The notes under the pieces: generated by a model
Seen by the model: the letters and a program-made list of their open reading frames with translations, nothing else
Database searches by the model: none
Told to the model about the DNA's origin: nothing
Made by a program: the position numbers and the translations under genes
Part shown: piece by piece, positions 1-9,081 of the stretch
How the letters are laid out: every line of letters starts with the position of its first letter
Position numbering within the stretch: the stretch's first letter is position 1
From: a virus
IMG/VR virus record: IMGVR_UViG_3300025159_000682
Location: 1 to 27,490 of that record
Length of the DNA stretch: 27,490 bases
Strand: one strand, 5' to 3'

Positions 1-5
1 CCGGG

Positions 6-608
6 GTGGCTGAGGCGTGCCTCGATCCGATCATCAGCACCGAGCTGGATTCGCTGTCCGAGCTCGACACCCAGATCGGGATCACGGGCACGCCGGATGC
101 AACAGTGTTTTGGCGTGGAGACAACACATGGGCAGCGCCTGTTGGTGGCGGCGACCCCTGGACTCGTGCAGCCATAGCAACCGATATTACTACCACGTCA
201 AACACAGTATATTCAGCGGCATCTGCGCTCAATTTTACAGCGGCTGTTACTACAAACTATCGCGTCCGTTGCCTCCTCTTGACGAGCGCAGTCGTAAGTA
301 CGACTGGAGTACAGATCCAGATTCAAGGACCAGCGAGTCCGACAGAGATTTCGTGGACAAGAGAATATAACAACGCCTCGAATACTGCCCTCACAACAAA
401 CCACAGTAATGCGTTTCACACTTCGTCTACTGATGATGGTGCAGCAGGTTCGGCCGCAACGGCTAATCTTCGAACAGTCCACCAGCTCAACATGATCCTC
501 TTCAATGGAGCAAACTCTGGTACAGTAGCCTGGGCCGTTCAGAGTGAGGTATCTGGTTCAGGTGTTACCCTTCATGCTGGCTCATGGTGTGAGCGGATGA
601 CGTTTTGA
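6..608 (+). CDS. Tail fibre / receptor-binding protein, C-terminal part (5'-truncated by the window edge)
   Basis: Frame is open to the window start. Contains the fibre-type linker GTPDATVFWRGDNTWAAP, then a Ser/Thr/Ala-rich beta-sandwich-like head ending NGANSGTVAWAVQSE...AGSW. Lies directly upstream of the ejection genes. Confidence 0.65.
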   Translation: MAEACLDPIISTELDSLSELDTQIGITGTPDATVFWRGDNTWAAPVGGGDPWTRAAIATDITTTSNTVYSAASALNFTAAVTTNYRVRCLLLTSAVVSTTGVQIQIQGPASPTEISWTREYNNASNTALTTNHSNAFHTSSTDDGAAGSAATANLRTVHQLNMILFNGANSGTVAWAVQSEVSGSGVTLHAGSWCERMTF

Positions 609-1015
609 TGGAATATGAAATCAGCATCATCCCGCCGATTGCTTTGAGCAAGCACGAGCTAACACTTTTGCAACGAGCTTTGGCAACGGATTTTACAGGT
701 ACCGACGTAGCGAAACTAATGCACTTAGCCGTTGATAACAAGGTGCAAATCTGGCGCTTTCGTGCACAGGACGCGCACGGTATACTTGTGACGATGATAA
801 ACGAACTGGCGTATGGCACTGAGTTGTACGTCTGGTTGCTGGCGGGCCGCAATATGGTAATCTATTGGCAGGTCCTCATCGAGACCCTCGACAAGTTTGC
901 TCGCGCTATGGGCTGCCGTCTCATTCGTAGTCAAAGCATCCCTGGCGTAGCTCGGTTCTTACAAGCCCACGGTTTCTCCCCTGCATACATCGTTTTGATA
1001 AGGGAGGTCAAGTAA
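608..1015 (+). CDS. GNAT-fold virion assembly protein (positional and motif analogue of P22 gp14 / T7 gp13), 135 aa
   Basis: ATG608 overlaps the upstream TGA (TGATG). Motifs LVTMI..LAYGTELYVWLLAG and FARAMGCRLIRSQSIPGVARFLQAHGF fit the phage GNAT-like family found between tail and ejection genes. Confidence 0.65.
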   Translation: MEYEISIIPPIALSKHELTLLQRALATDFTGTDVAKLMHLAVDNKVQIWRFRAQDAHGILVTMINELAYGTELYVWLLAGRNMVIYWQVLIETLDKFARAMGCRLIRSQSIPGVARFLQAHGFSPAYIVLIREVK

Positions 1016-1917
1016 TGGGAGGTGGGTCAACTCGAACGCAAGCTACTTCTTCGGAGATCCCTCCGGAGTTCAGGCCATACTTTGAGCGGCTCTTTGGAAG
1101 ATCAGAACAGGCAAGCCTTGGCGCGCCTGCAGGTCCTCCACCTGGACCCATCCTTGCACCCGTAAACCCGATTCAGGAGGAGTCCCTTCAAGGCTTCGAG
1201 TCGGTTGCGAGGGGGACACCAGACTTTTCAGGTCCATTGTACCAACAGGGCCTTGCTACGCTGGGTGGGGCCTACCTCTCGCCAGAGAGTAATCCGTTTC
1301 TGGCCTCCACAATCCAGGCGGGAATTCGGCCAATTTTTGAGAACCTCCAGGCAAATATCCTACCTGGTCTTGAGAGCCGCGCCATTCAGCAAGGCGCCTT
1401 TGGCGGTGCAAGGCCCGGACTAGCCGCGGGTCAAGCGGTGGCGGGGGCATCGCAGGGTGCGTTCGATATTGCCTCGCGCATCGCGAATGAGAACTATCAG
1501 CGCGAGCGGGGACTTCAGCTTCAAGCACCGCAACTCCTTGAATCCGGGTTGCGTTTCTCGCAGCTCCAGCCCCAACTTTTGGGGCAGGTCGGCGACATTC
1601 GGCGTCAGTTGGCTCAAGAGCAGATTGATGCTGAAAGACAAGCGTTTCGCGAAGCACAAGCGGCACCGTTTGAACCGCTATTTCCTCTTGCAACTATTCT
1701 TCAAGGAGGAAATCTCGGGACGGTCGGCAGAACCACTTCGACTGGCGGTCCTTCTGGAGTGGCGCAGGGCATTACCGGTGCTCTCGGTGGTGCGGCGCTC
1801 GGTGCTGGTGTTGCGGACGTAGGTGGGTTTGGGGGTGAGTCAAGCTTTGGCATAAACAACGCGATGCTCTCGGCAATCATCGGTGCGCTGCTTGGGGGCG
1901 CAGGAGGGACTCTGTAG
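1015..1917 (+). CDS. Small ejection (DNA pilot) protein, P22 gp7-like position
   Basis: TAATG coupling. N-terminus MGGGSTRTQ..IPPEFRPYF, Gln/Ala/Gly-rich helical body, C-terminal hydrophobic glycine-zipper (GALGGAALGAG...AIIGALLGGAGG). Confidence 0.7.
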   Translation: MGGGSTRTQATSSEIPPEFRPYFERLFGRSEQASLGAPAGPPPGPILAPVNPIQEESLQGFESVARGTPDFSGPLYQQGLATLGGAYLSPESNPFLASTIQAGIRPIFENLQANILPGLESRAIQQGAFGGARPGLAAGQAVAGASQGAFDIASRIANENYQRERGLQLQAPQLLESGLRFSQLQPQLLGQVGDIRRQLAQEQIDAERQAFREAQAAPFEPLFPLATILQGGNLGTVGRTTSTGGPSGVAQGITGALGGAALGAGVADVGGFGGESSFGINNAMLSAIIGALLGGAGGTL

Positions 1918-3498
1918 ATGTCGGTTGGACAGATTCTTTCTGGCTCATCGCCCTTCCATTTTCTGCGTCCTGAAGAACGTGAGGAGCATCTTCGCGCAAG
2001 GAACAGGGGCGACGTGGTGCGGGTAGCACAGTTGGAGAAAACTGCCTACGAACGATTCGCTAATTCCCAACGCCAAGCGCTTGCCGACGTAGCTCTGCCC
2101 TCTCGTCCAACAGCGAAGGCTGGAGGGCTTCAGCAGCAACAGATTGATCTAGGCGTCTTGGCTGACCCAAACCAGCTAAGCCAGTTCTATAGTACAGTTG
2201 GGCAAGGAGCCGGCTCAGCCCTGAGTACAATTCTGAGCGGACTTGGCAGAACTCAGACAGGACAAGCCATTGGACAAGGGCTGAGCCGAATCGGAAACGC
2301 TGCGTACCCATCGTTAGAGCGGGCATATGCAGCCGTAGGAAATATCAATAGAGAAGATATCGGGAGGGCGCTTATGGGAGCGTCGTCGTTGTTGGCGGAG
2401 ATTGGAGTAAGTCCCCAGCTTGCAGAGGCTCCTGCAGAGGCTCAAAGTCTGATGCCGCCTCCTGCACCTAGACCTGTTCGGGGGGGCGCGGCCATAGCGA
2501 AGCCGGCTGAGCCGAAAGCCATTCCAGAGGCTCTCTCGCCAACAAGCCGTGCGGCGTTGATGGAGGTGTCTGAGCCAGTTGATCCTGCTGCAATCGCCGC
2601 CGCACAAGGCCGCTCCCCTGCTCAGCAACGCATCATGGACATTCTCGAGCAGCTTACAGGCGCTCGCGGAGGCATCGAACCTCCCGAAAAGGCCAACTTC
2701 TCCGAACGCCTTGCGAGGTTCCTCTCGGCCGCGGCCCTTGGGGCGCAACGAGGCTTGCAGAATGAAGAGGGCGCGACTGCGGCGGTACTTAGCGGCGCTG
2801 GCGGATTTGGTCTTGGAGCCGTGTCGGAGTTGAAACGAGAAGAGCGGCTTCAAGCAGAAAAGTTCAAATCAGCTCAAGAGGAATCGAAGTTCAAGGCGCT
2901 TCAACTCGAAATGCTGGGCGCGACGAATTTGGCCCAGCTTGATGCGAGGGATAGAGCGCTTGTACTGCAGGCTGAGGCAAACGCCATTCGTGCCTATTCA
3001 GCACGAAACGCGGCGATGACGGGTGATGCAAGGCGGCAGGCTTACCAAAGCACAACCATCTTGAATGCTTACAAAACTGAGTTGGAGCGATTTCGCGTCA
3101 ACGATCGCCTCCTCGGCGTGAACGCTTCTGCTGATTCCAAGGCCGCTGCCCGAGCAGCGTCTTTCCAAGCTGCTCCGGAGGTGATGAAGCCGGCAATTCT
3201 CGTTACGATGTTGGTGGAGCAAGGGAATTTGCCAGAACTTCGTCAAGCGGCACTGAATCGCGCGCTCAACGGAGATTCGGCAAAGGGAATCAGCCCTGGC
3301 ATCGACCCAACCGGGGAAACGTATCGGAATCGTCTCGTGCTGCTACGCCAGCAAGGTGCTTTTGAAGAGGCGCGTGCTTTTGAAAAAGAGATCATTGCAG
3401 ATGAAATTGCACGCATGGTGCTTGAAAATCCTAACTTGGCCGAGAACGTGTTTAGGATATACCAACAGGAGCAGCTACAATCCTTGGGTAATAGATGA
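1918..3498 (+). CDS. Middle ejection / internal virion protein, 526 aa
   Basis: Ala/Gln/Glu-rich and apparently helical, with a Pro-rich linker and a short Gly-rich hydrophobic patch. Abuts both neighbours in the ejection cluster. Confidence 0.6.
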   Translation: MSVGQILSGSSPFHFLRPEEREEHLRARNRGDVVRVAQLEKTAYERFANSQRQALADVALPSRPTAKAGGLQQQQIDLGVLADPNQLSQFYSTVGQGAGSALSTILSGLGRTQTGQAIGQGLSRIGNAAYPSLERAYAAVGNINREDIGRALMGASSLLAEIGVSPQLAEAPAEAQSLMPPPAPRPVRGGAAIAKPAEPKAIPEALSPTSRAALMEVSEPVDPAAIAAAQGRSPAQQRIMDILEQLTGARGGIEPPEKANFSERLARFLSAAALGAQRGLQNEEGATAAVLSGAGGFGLGAVSELKREERLQAEKFKSAQEESKFKALQLEMLGATNLAQLDARDRALVLQAEANAIRAYSARNAAMTGDARRQAYQSTTILNAYKTELERFRVNDRLLGVNASADSKAAARAASFQAAPEVMKPAILVTMLVEQGNLPELRQAALNRALNGDSAKGISPGIDPTGETYRNRLVLLRQQGAFEEARAFEKEIIADEIARMVLENPNLAENVFRIYQQEQLQSLGNR

Positions 3499-6400
3499 CT
3501 AAGATCGACATTCCTTTTGACGAGGAAGAACGCTCTCGGCGCCCTCGGTATTCGGCCCTGCCTGAGCTTGAGGCGCTGGGCCAAGCTGCGTATGCCTCTC
3601 CGCCTCGACCGACTTTGGCGGACCAGCTCAGTTTCTCCGAAGGTGCCTTCAAATCATTCATTTACGGCCTTGGCCCTTCCCTTCTCCATATCGACCCATC
3701 ACCTGAGCTTGCTCGTTTTCAGGCCGAACACCCGATTGCCGCGCTCACGTCGGAGGTGGCCGGCACGCTTTTGCCCTATTCAATTCCGTTTCTTGGTCAA
3801 GGTGCGGTGGGGCTCAAGCTTGCATCGAAGCTTCCACTTCTAGGGCGCGTTGTAAAGACGGCCGAGGGGTTAGCGACGGCCGCGCCGGGCCGATCGGTGG
3901 CGTTGAGGGAAATGGCCCGATTCGCACCCCTTGAGGCGGCCCGTGTGGGCGCGACGGCCGCCCTAAACCCCGACAAGACCACCGAGGCGCTTACATCGGC
4001 CATCCTCAACGAGGTGCTCATTGGCGGCATCTCGGGCGGCTTGGCGTCGATTGCAGGGGGTGCGCCGTTCCGGGGACCTGAGATTAGGGGCGAGGCCAAG
4101 ATCCAGGAGAAGTTCCCCGATTGGAACAGGCTTGCCCCGAACCAATTGAAGCTGGCAAAGATCGGTGAATACTTTGTCAAGCATCCGCAGAAGGAACTCG
4201 GCGATTATTACCCTGTACTAAAGGAGGCGGCGGGGGAACTGCGCGATGAAGTGCTCGTTCAAGCGCCACGACCTCGTGTAGAGGCGATGGTCAAACGGCT
4301 CGCGGATGTAGATATTGCGCGAGGCAGCAATAATGCCAAGCGGGCGAACTCGATTTTTGGCGCCGAAGGGAAGCTGAGTCGAGGAATTCACATCCGTAAA
4401 CTCGTCGTTGGCAGTGGTGAGGGAAACTTCAATAAGCAAACTACTCTCGATGAGGTAATGGCACAGGTGGGAGGGTTGACGGACGATCAGCTCAGTCACA
4501 TGCAATTTCCTCGCCATGTCGAAACTCTTACCGAGGGTGGACGAGATAAATTCCTAACGGACTTGGCCGAGATGGGGTTGCAACCTATTAGTCGTGCAGC
4601 CGAAGGCCGTACTGGTGCGGCCATCGGTAATACGGCTTGGATAGCTAAAGAAGCAGATGGTCTCTACGTCGTCGTCAAGCGTGTCGCTAAGCGGCCAAGG
4701 CGCGAGAAGGCGGGAGATCGCTACCTCTTCTTCAAGACTGACAACCCCAAGATGTTTTTTCCTAATCAGGGTGGGCAGCTTGAAAAGACGATGGAAACGT
4801 ACTTCGCCACCGCGCGGGCTATCTCTAAGACGCCGGTCGAGCACCAAACCCCGTTGACAAACTATGCTGATCGTGTGATGAATGTGTTTACGAGAAACAC
4901 TGATTTGCGAGGTGTTCCCGGCGAGCTCAGGTCCGAAGTGGTCGCGCGTGCCTTGGTGAGGGTTCATCCGAGGCTAGAACCCGCCGGAACCGCCATCAAG
5001 GAATTTTCCAAAGTCACGTCGCGGTGGGTTGCTGATGCAAAGAAATTTGTCGCGCCTGGGCTTCATCGGTACTCTGCACACCCACTGGCGCAGCGAACGC
5101 ACCTCTTTGCGCAGGCCCTGTTCAATCGGGCGGGGGCCTTGGCGGAGCAGGAGATTTACGGTCACGAAGTTTTTTCTAAGACTGGAAACCTCTTTTCGAG
5201 TTTGTTTAGGCCGCCGAAACGGGCCGGATCTATCGACGACATGATCGAGAAAGTTTGGGAAAAGGGACCTAAGGCCGTTGAACAAATCAACGAAGCACAT
5301 GTTGCTCAGATGCCCGTTGGAGAAATGGTCGAAGAAGGGTTCGACCCAACAGTGGTCAGTCTTTACAAAAAACTTGGCCCACTTGACGAGAAGATGACGC
5401 AGTACATTGAGGCAACGGATCTTTACGTTGAGGGCGTGACTCCACTTCGACCATTGCCCTTTCATTACCATATTTCTCGTACTTGGAGAGGGTCGAATCG
5501 GTTGCCGGTTTATGCTGAGGGTGATAAGGGTCGTGTTGTGGGGTATGGCTCTGGTTATTCACGAAACCAGGCTTTGCAAGAGGCCGAATCCGTAAAGCGC
5601 ATGGCTGAGAAGCTCGAGCCAGGTAAAAAGTTCGAGTACGATACATCTGGACAGTCAATATTCCAGGTGGGCCATGAGGACGATTTGAAGCACGCCATCA
5701 AGATCAATCCTGGCGACCCACATACACAGGCTTGGTATAAGGCGAGGCGCTTGGCCGTTAGGGAACCTCTTCGGTTCAACGAGCGGACGGGTGCTCTTGG
5801 CTTCACTACGCGATTGACGAAAGATGAGTTCAAGAAGGCCCTTTACGGCAACGTTCATGAAACCTATCGCTACATGGCACAGCGATTGGTGCAAGGTAAA
5901 GCCTTCGACGACTTGTCGATTCTGAAGAAGGAAGCGCCCCTACTGTACAATGACCTAAGTGAATCCATCATGTCCTATGGCGGAGTCAAGGGCCCCTTTG
6001 CTAAGAAGGTTGATGACGCGATCGACAGCCGACTTGAGCCAGTCTTGGGGGGCAATTCCGCGTCGGAGATTGCGCGCAGGATGAATAGGGCAATGTTCGA
6101 TTGGACACTTGGGTTTGGTGATTTAGGCTTTGTCGCGCTGAACGCTGCATCGCCGATTCAAACGGTGTTGCCCGAGATTGCGTGGGTTCTTTCAGCCCCG
6201 CCGGAGCGTCTGGCTCAATACTATGCGACTGGCATGGTTATTGGGAGGGATGGAATGCCACGCAGCGTCGGTTATGTTGAGCCTCTTCGTATTCTCTGGC
6301 GCGCAATCAAGTCTATGGCGAGTCCAGATGAAGATTTGCGCGAAGCCTTCAACAAGGCAGTGAAGTTTCGCGTCATTGATAAGAAGTTCATCGAGGAGTT

Positions 6401-7604
6401 TGCTGGGGCGGCGTCGGAGAGAGCTCTTCGTATCAAAGATGCCTTTTCAGGAAAGACTGGGTTCACCAAATACCTTACTAACCTCATAGAATTTCTCCCG
6501 GCCAAGAGCGAAGAGCTGTCAAGAGGGGTTGCCTTTACATCAGGTTATCATGTTGGGCGAGATTTCTTTGGGCTAAAGGGCGATGCGCTGTTTGAATTTG
6601 CCTCGAACCTTACGAATAGAACGATGTATCTGTATACGACTGCGGATCGTCCGCGGGTCTTGACTGGCGCTGTAGGAACAGCGTTTGGGTTGTTCAAGAA
6701 TTGGCCCATGCACTATCTGGCCAATCTTGGAGTCTATGGTGGCGACGCCATGCGGGGAAACATGGCCCCGCTGCTGTGGGCCGGAATCGGGACTGGCATG
6801 GTGGCGGGGGCGGCCGGCGTACCACTCTATGGTGTAGCCGATGCCTTCTCGCGTTTGGCCAGTGATAAGTCGTTGATGCAGAATCTTTACGACGCTTTTG
6901 GCTACGGCGATGAACCAAATGCCTTCGTAGATGCGCTATACTATGGCGCGCCATCACTTTTGGGTGTAACGTTGCAGGGGCGCGCGGCAGCACCTGGATC
7001 TGCAATGGTCAGGGATCTTTCGCTGTTGTCAGACTTTGTCATGGCAGACCGCTTGCAAGCAGCGTATGAGTTGGCACCCGCCGCTTACGATGCGTGGTTT
7101 ACGACAGGCCGACATCCAGTGAACTCACAGAGCGTTAGGGATCTGTTCGTTCGTGCATTCGCGCCCCGCACGATTATAAAGGCTCTTTCGTTTACAGAGG
7201 ATAACGCCTATCGGAGCTTGCATACTGGGAATAGGCTGATCTCTAACACGACGCTCCCTGAGTATCTCGCTCATGTTTTCGGCTTTACGCCCATTGAGTT
7301 CGACAAATACCAGGATATATCGAACGAACTCTGGACTGACCAAAATAAGAGGCGCGAGGTTGTACAGACTTATGGCGCGGCCCTAGCTGAAGCGTGGAAC
7401 ACACGAGATGCTCGTCTTGGCCAGGATATTATACGAAGGGCGATGCTACAAGCAGCACCGATTTCATCTGTCATGCGCTCAGCTAAGGCTCGGGTGGCTA
7501 AACAAAACGAGGATCTTATCGAACGGCAGTTCTCCACTTATCCGAGGGCGCAACTTCAGAAGAGCTTGCTCGGTCCCGGGGCCTTAATTTCAAGGCAGCC
7601 TTAG
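3495..7604 (+). CDS. Large ejection / internal virion protein, 1369 aa
   Basis: ATGA overlap. Size and last position in the virion module match large podovirus ejection proteins. Hydrophobic Gly-rich segments near the N- and C-termini. No transglycosylase or RNA polymerase motif recognised. Confidence 0.7.
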   Translation: MTKIDIPFDEEERSRRPRYSALPELEALGQAAYASPPRPTLADQLSFSEGAFKSFIYGLGPSLLHIDPSPELARFQAEHPIAALTSEVAGTLLPYSIPFLGQGAVGLKLASKLPLLGRVVKTAEGLATAAPGRSVALREMARFAPLEAARVGATAALNPDKTTEALTSAILNEVLIGGISGGLASIAGGAPFRGPEIRGEAKIQEKFPDWNRLAPNQLKLAKIGEYFVKHPQKELGDYYPVLKEAAGELRDEVLVQAPRPRVEAMVKRLADVDIARGSNNAKRANSIFGAEGKLSRGIHIRKLVVGSGEGNFNKQTTLDEVMAQVGGLTDDQLSHMQFPRHVETLTEGGRDKFLTDLAEMGLQPISRAAEGRTGAAIGNTAWIAKEADGLYVVVKRVAKRPRREKAGDRYLFFKTDNPKMFFPNQGGQLEKTMETYFATARAISKTPVEHQTPLTNYADRVMNVFTRNTDLRGVPGELRSEVVARALVRVHPRLEPAGTAIKEFSKVTSRWVADAKKFVAPGLHRYSAHPLAQRTHLFAQALFNRAGALAEQEIYGHEVFSKTGNLFSSLFRPPKRAGSIDDMIEKVWEKGPKAVEQINEAHVAQMPVGEMVEEGFDPTVVSLYKKLGPLDEKMTQYIEATDLYVEGVTPLRPLPFHYHISRTWRGSNRLPVYAEGDKGRVVGYGSGYSRNQALQEAESVKRMAEKLEPGKKFEYDTSGQSIFQVGHEDDLKHAIKINPGDPHTQAWYKARRLAVREPLRFNERTGALGFTTRLTKDEFKKALYGNVHETYRYMAQRLVQGKAFDDLSILKKEAPLLYNDLSESIMSYGGVKGPFAKKVDDAIDSRLEPVLGGNSASEIARRMNRAMFDWTLGFGDLGFVALNAASPIQTVLPEIAWVLSAPPERLAQYYATGMVIGRDGMPRSVGYVEPLRILWRAIKSMASPDEDLREAFNKAVKFRVIDKKFIEEFAGAASERALRIKDAFSGKTGFTKYLTNLIEFLPAKSEELSRGVAFTSGYHVGRDFFGLKGDALFEFASNLTNRTMYLYTTADRPRVLTGAVGTAFGLFKNWPMHYLANLGVYGGDAMRGNMAPLLWAGIGTGMVAGAAGVPLYGVADAFSRLASDKSLMQNLYDAFGYGDEPNAFVDALYYGAPSLLGVTLQGRAAAPGSAMVRDLSLLSDFVMADRLQAAYELAPAAYDAWFTTGRHPVNSQSVRDLFVRAFAPRTIIKALSFTEDNAYRSLHTGNRLISNTTLPEYLAHVFGFTPIEFDKYQDISNELWTDQNKRREVVQTYGAALAEAWNTRDARLGQDIIRRAMLQAAPISSVMRSAKARVAKQNEDLIERQFSTYPRAQLQKSLLGPGALISRQP

Positions 7605-7647
7605 GTGTGGCTGGTTCGCCGGGAACCGTCAAGACAGGAGGCTGAAC

Positions 7648-7734
7648 GTGGGACACAAAGGCAAGGGTAAGGGCAAGGATAAGCCAATGCCGAAGGGCGG
7701 TAAAGGCAAGGGCGGCAAAGGTTACGGCCGCTAA
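7648..7734 (+). CDS. 28-aa Lys/Gly-rich basic micropeptide MGHKGKGKGKDKPMPKGGKGKGGKGYGR (not in the ORF track)
   Basis: Perfect AGGAGG at 7636-7641, 6 nt before GTG7648. TAA at 7732-7734. 11 Gly and 9 Lys in 28 residues. Confidence 0.7.
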   Translation: MGHKGKGKGKDKPMPKGGKGKGGKGYGR

Positions 7735-7816
7735 ACCCGTCATCCTTCAATAACGAAGGAGATCAGCTCAAAGACAAGCCAGAATTTGGGATAGGCCGAT
7801 TGTAATCCTTGAACCT

Positions 7817-7851
7817 GATCGGGAGTGAAGGACCTTACTTCACTCCCGATC
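7817..7851. terminator. Perfect 14-bp hairpin at the convergence of the late and replication arms (probable bidirectional terminator or processing site)
   Basis: GATCGGGAGTGAAG-gacctta-CTTCACTCCCGATC. No clear U tract on either strand. Confidence 0.55.
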
Positions 7852-9070
7852 TCGTTATAGTGATGGGGGTGTAAAACATAAAAGGCTCATCCCCTTCGCG
7901 AACGATCCACTGCATTTTTACGAGGCTGTCGAGCAACAGTTGGACAACGTGGAGGGGTACATCAGCAGCGAGCTCTTGTCGCAAGCGGTGCTCTGGCACA
8001 GGTTTAGCCGTTATGCGATATAGGGACTCGACAAGGCTGCGACCCAGCTTGAGCTGGTCATAGAACTCGTTCGCACCGATACTTGAGACTGCGTGTTGCA
8101 TAAAGGATTCAGCCTCAAGGAGGACGGCCTTGGCGATTTTGACCTCCTCTAACGTTATGATCCTCTCATCGCTTCGGGCCGCAGCAAAAATCATACAAAG
8201 TTTGCTAAAATGAGCCATTCGCCGCTCGCAATAGTAAAGCAACCGCGGGTCCTTAGGAGCTGGCGGAAGTCCATCCTCTTTCCATCGCTCTAGTGCATCG
8301 GCCGCGTCTGCCTCCCATTCGTACTCGCCAGTTATGTGAAGCATGGCTTCGAAGTCGTGGATTAGTTGCTTACGGACGTTTTCGTTGAAGTTGGTCTTGG
8401 GCGCGCGATCGACGCCACGCTTCTTGAGTTCGGTAGGTACTACGATACGCTCCTCGCTATAAACCATGACCAGGCGTGAAGGGAACCCACCTTCAAGGGT
8501 TTGATCTGAGAATCTTTCCTTGAGCTGCTTTGGAGTCATTCCGCCTGCCATGACGAGGCAGGGGTTCTCTAGGTGGTTCTCACCTGAGGTTTTGGTCGAG
8601 TAATCGCGGACAATGGGGTTGTCGTAGAGGTCAGCTAAAAACGACATAAACTGCTCGTCGTTTTTCTTCAAAAATACGGCCATCTCATCAATCAACGCAA
8701 CGAGGGCCATATGACGTTCGGAGGTGCCATTCATGTTGACGATTTGCACCGAGCCTTCGAGCTTTTCATAGAAGGCTTCTTTAGTTACGTCGGTGGGAGT
8801 CAACTTGAGTACGGACGCCTTCGATGCAGGAACAAGAATTTGATCCCGCACAATCTTCAACGCCGTGGACTTACCACTGGCCGGTGGGCCTATAAGCAGC
8901 ACGTAGAGATTTGGGTATTGCGTTTGGCCCTCCACGTCCATATAAGCCCGGCGCTGGAGAGCACCGCTTACGGCACAAATTCCTGCCCATAGGCGAAAGA
9001 TTCGTGGGCTCTTGACACCTTCAGTAAATTGAAGGTATGTCGAGATCCAGTCCTCGAGAATACGGCTCAA
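7835..9070 (-). CDS. DUF3987-like / MCM-type AAA+ putative replicative helicase, 411 aa
   Basis: Likely TTG start at 9070 with GAGGAG 7 nt upstream. Walker A GPPASGKS, Walker B LIDEM, SF6/SF3-like LADLYD and GGFPSRL motifs, probable C-terminal winged helix. Confidence 0.7.
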   Translation of the reverse strand: MSRILEDWISTYLQFTEGVKSPRIFRLWAGICAVSGALQRRAYMDVEGQTQYPNLYVLLIGPPASGKSTALKIVRDQILVPASKASVLKLTPTDVTKEAFYEKLEGSVQIVNMNGTSERHMALVALIDEMAVFLKKNDEQFMSFLADLYDNPIVRDYSTKTSGENHLENPCLVMAGGMTPKQLKERFSDQTLEGGFPSRLVMVYSEERIVVPTELKKRGVDRAPKTNFNENVRKQLIHDFEAMLHITGEYEWEADAADALERWKEDGLPPAPKDPRLLYYCERRMAHFSKLCMIFAAARSDERIITLEEVKIAKAVLLEAESFMQHAVSSIGANEFYDQLKLGRSLVESLYRITAKPVPEHRLRQELAADVPLHVVQLLLDSLVKMQWIVREGDEPFMFYTPITITRSGVK

Positions 9071-9081
9071 CTTGCAACTCC

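Noticed and set aside
7516-7743. 75-aa hydrophobic - strand ORF as a holin
   Set aside because: It is the antisense of the Lys/Gly peptide (Lys codons read as Leu/Phe) and lies beyond the convergent hairpin.
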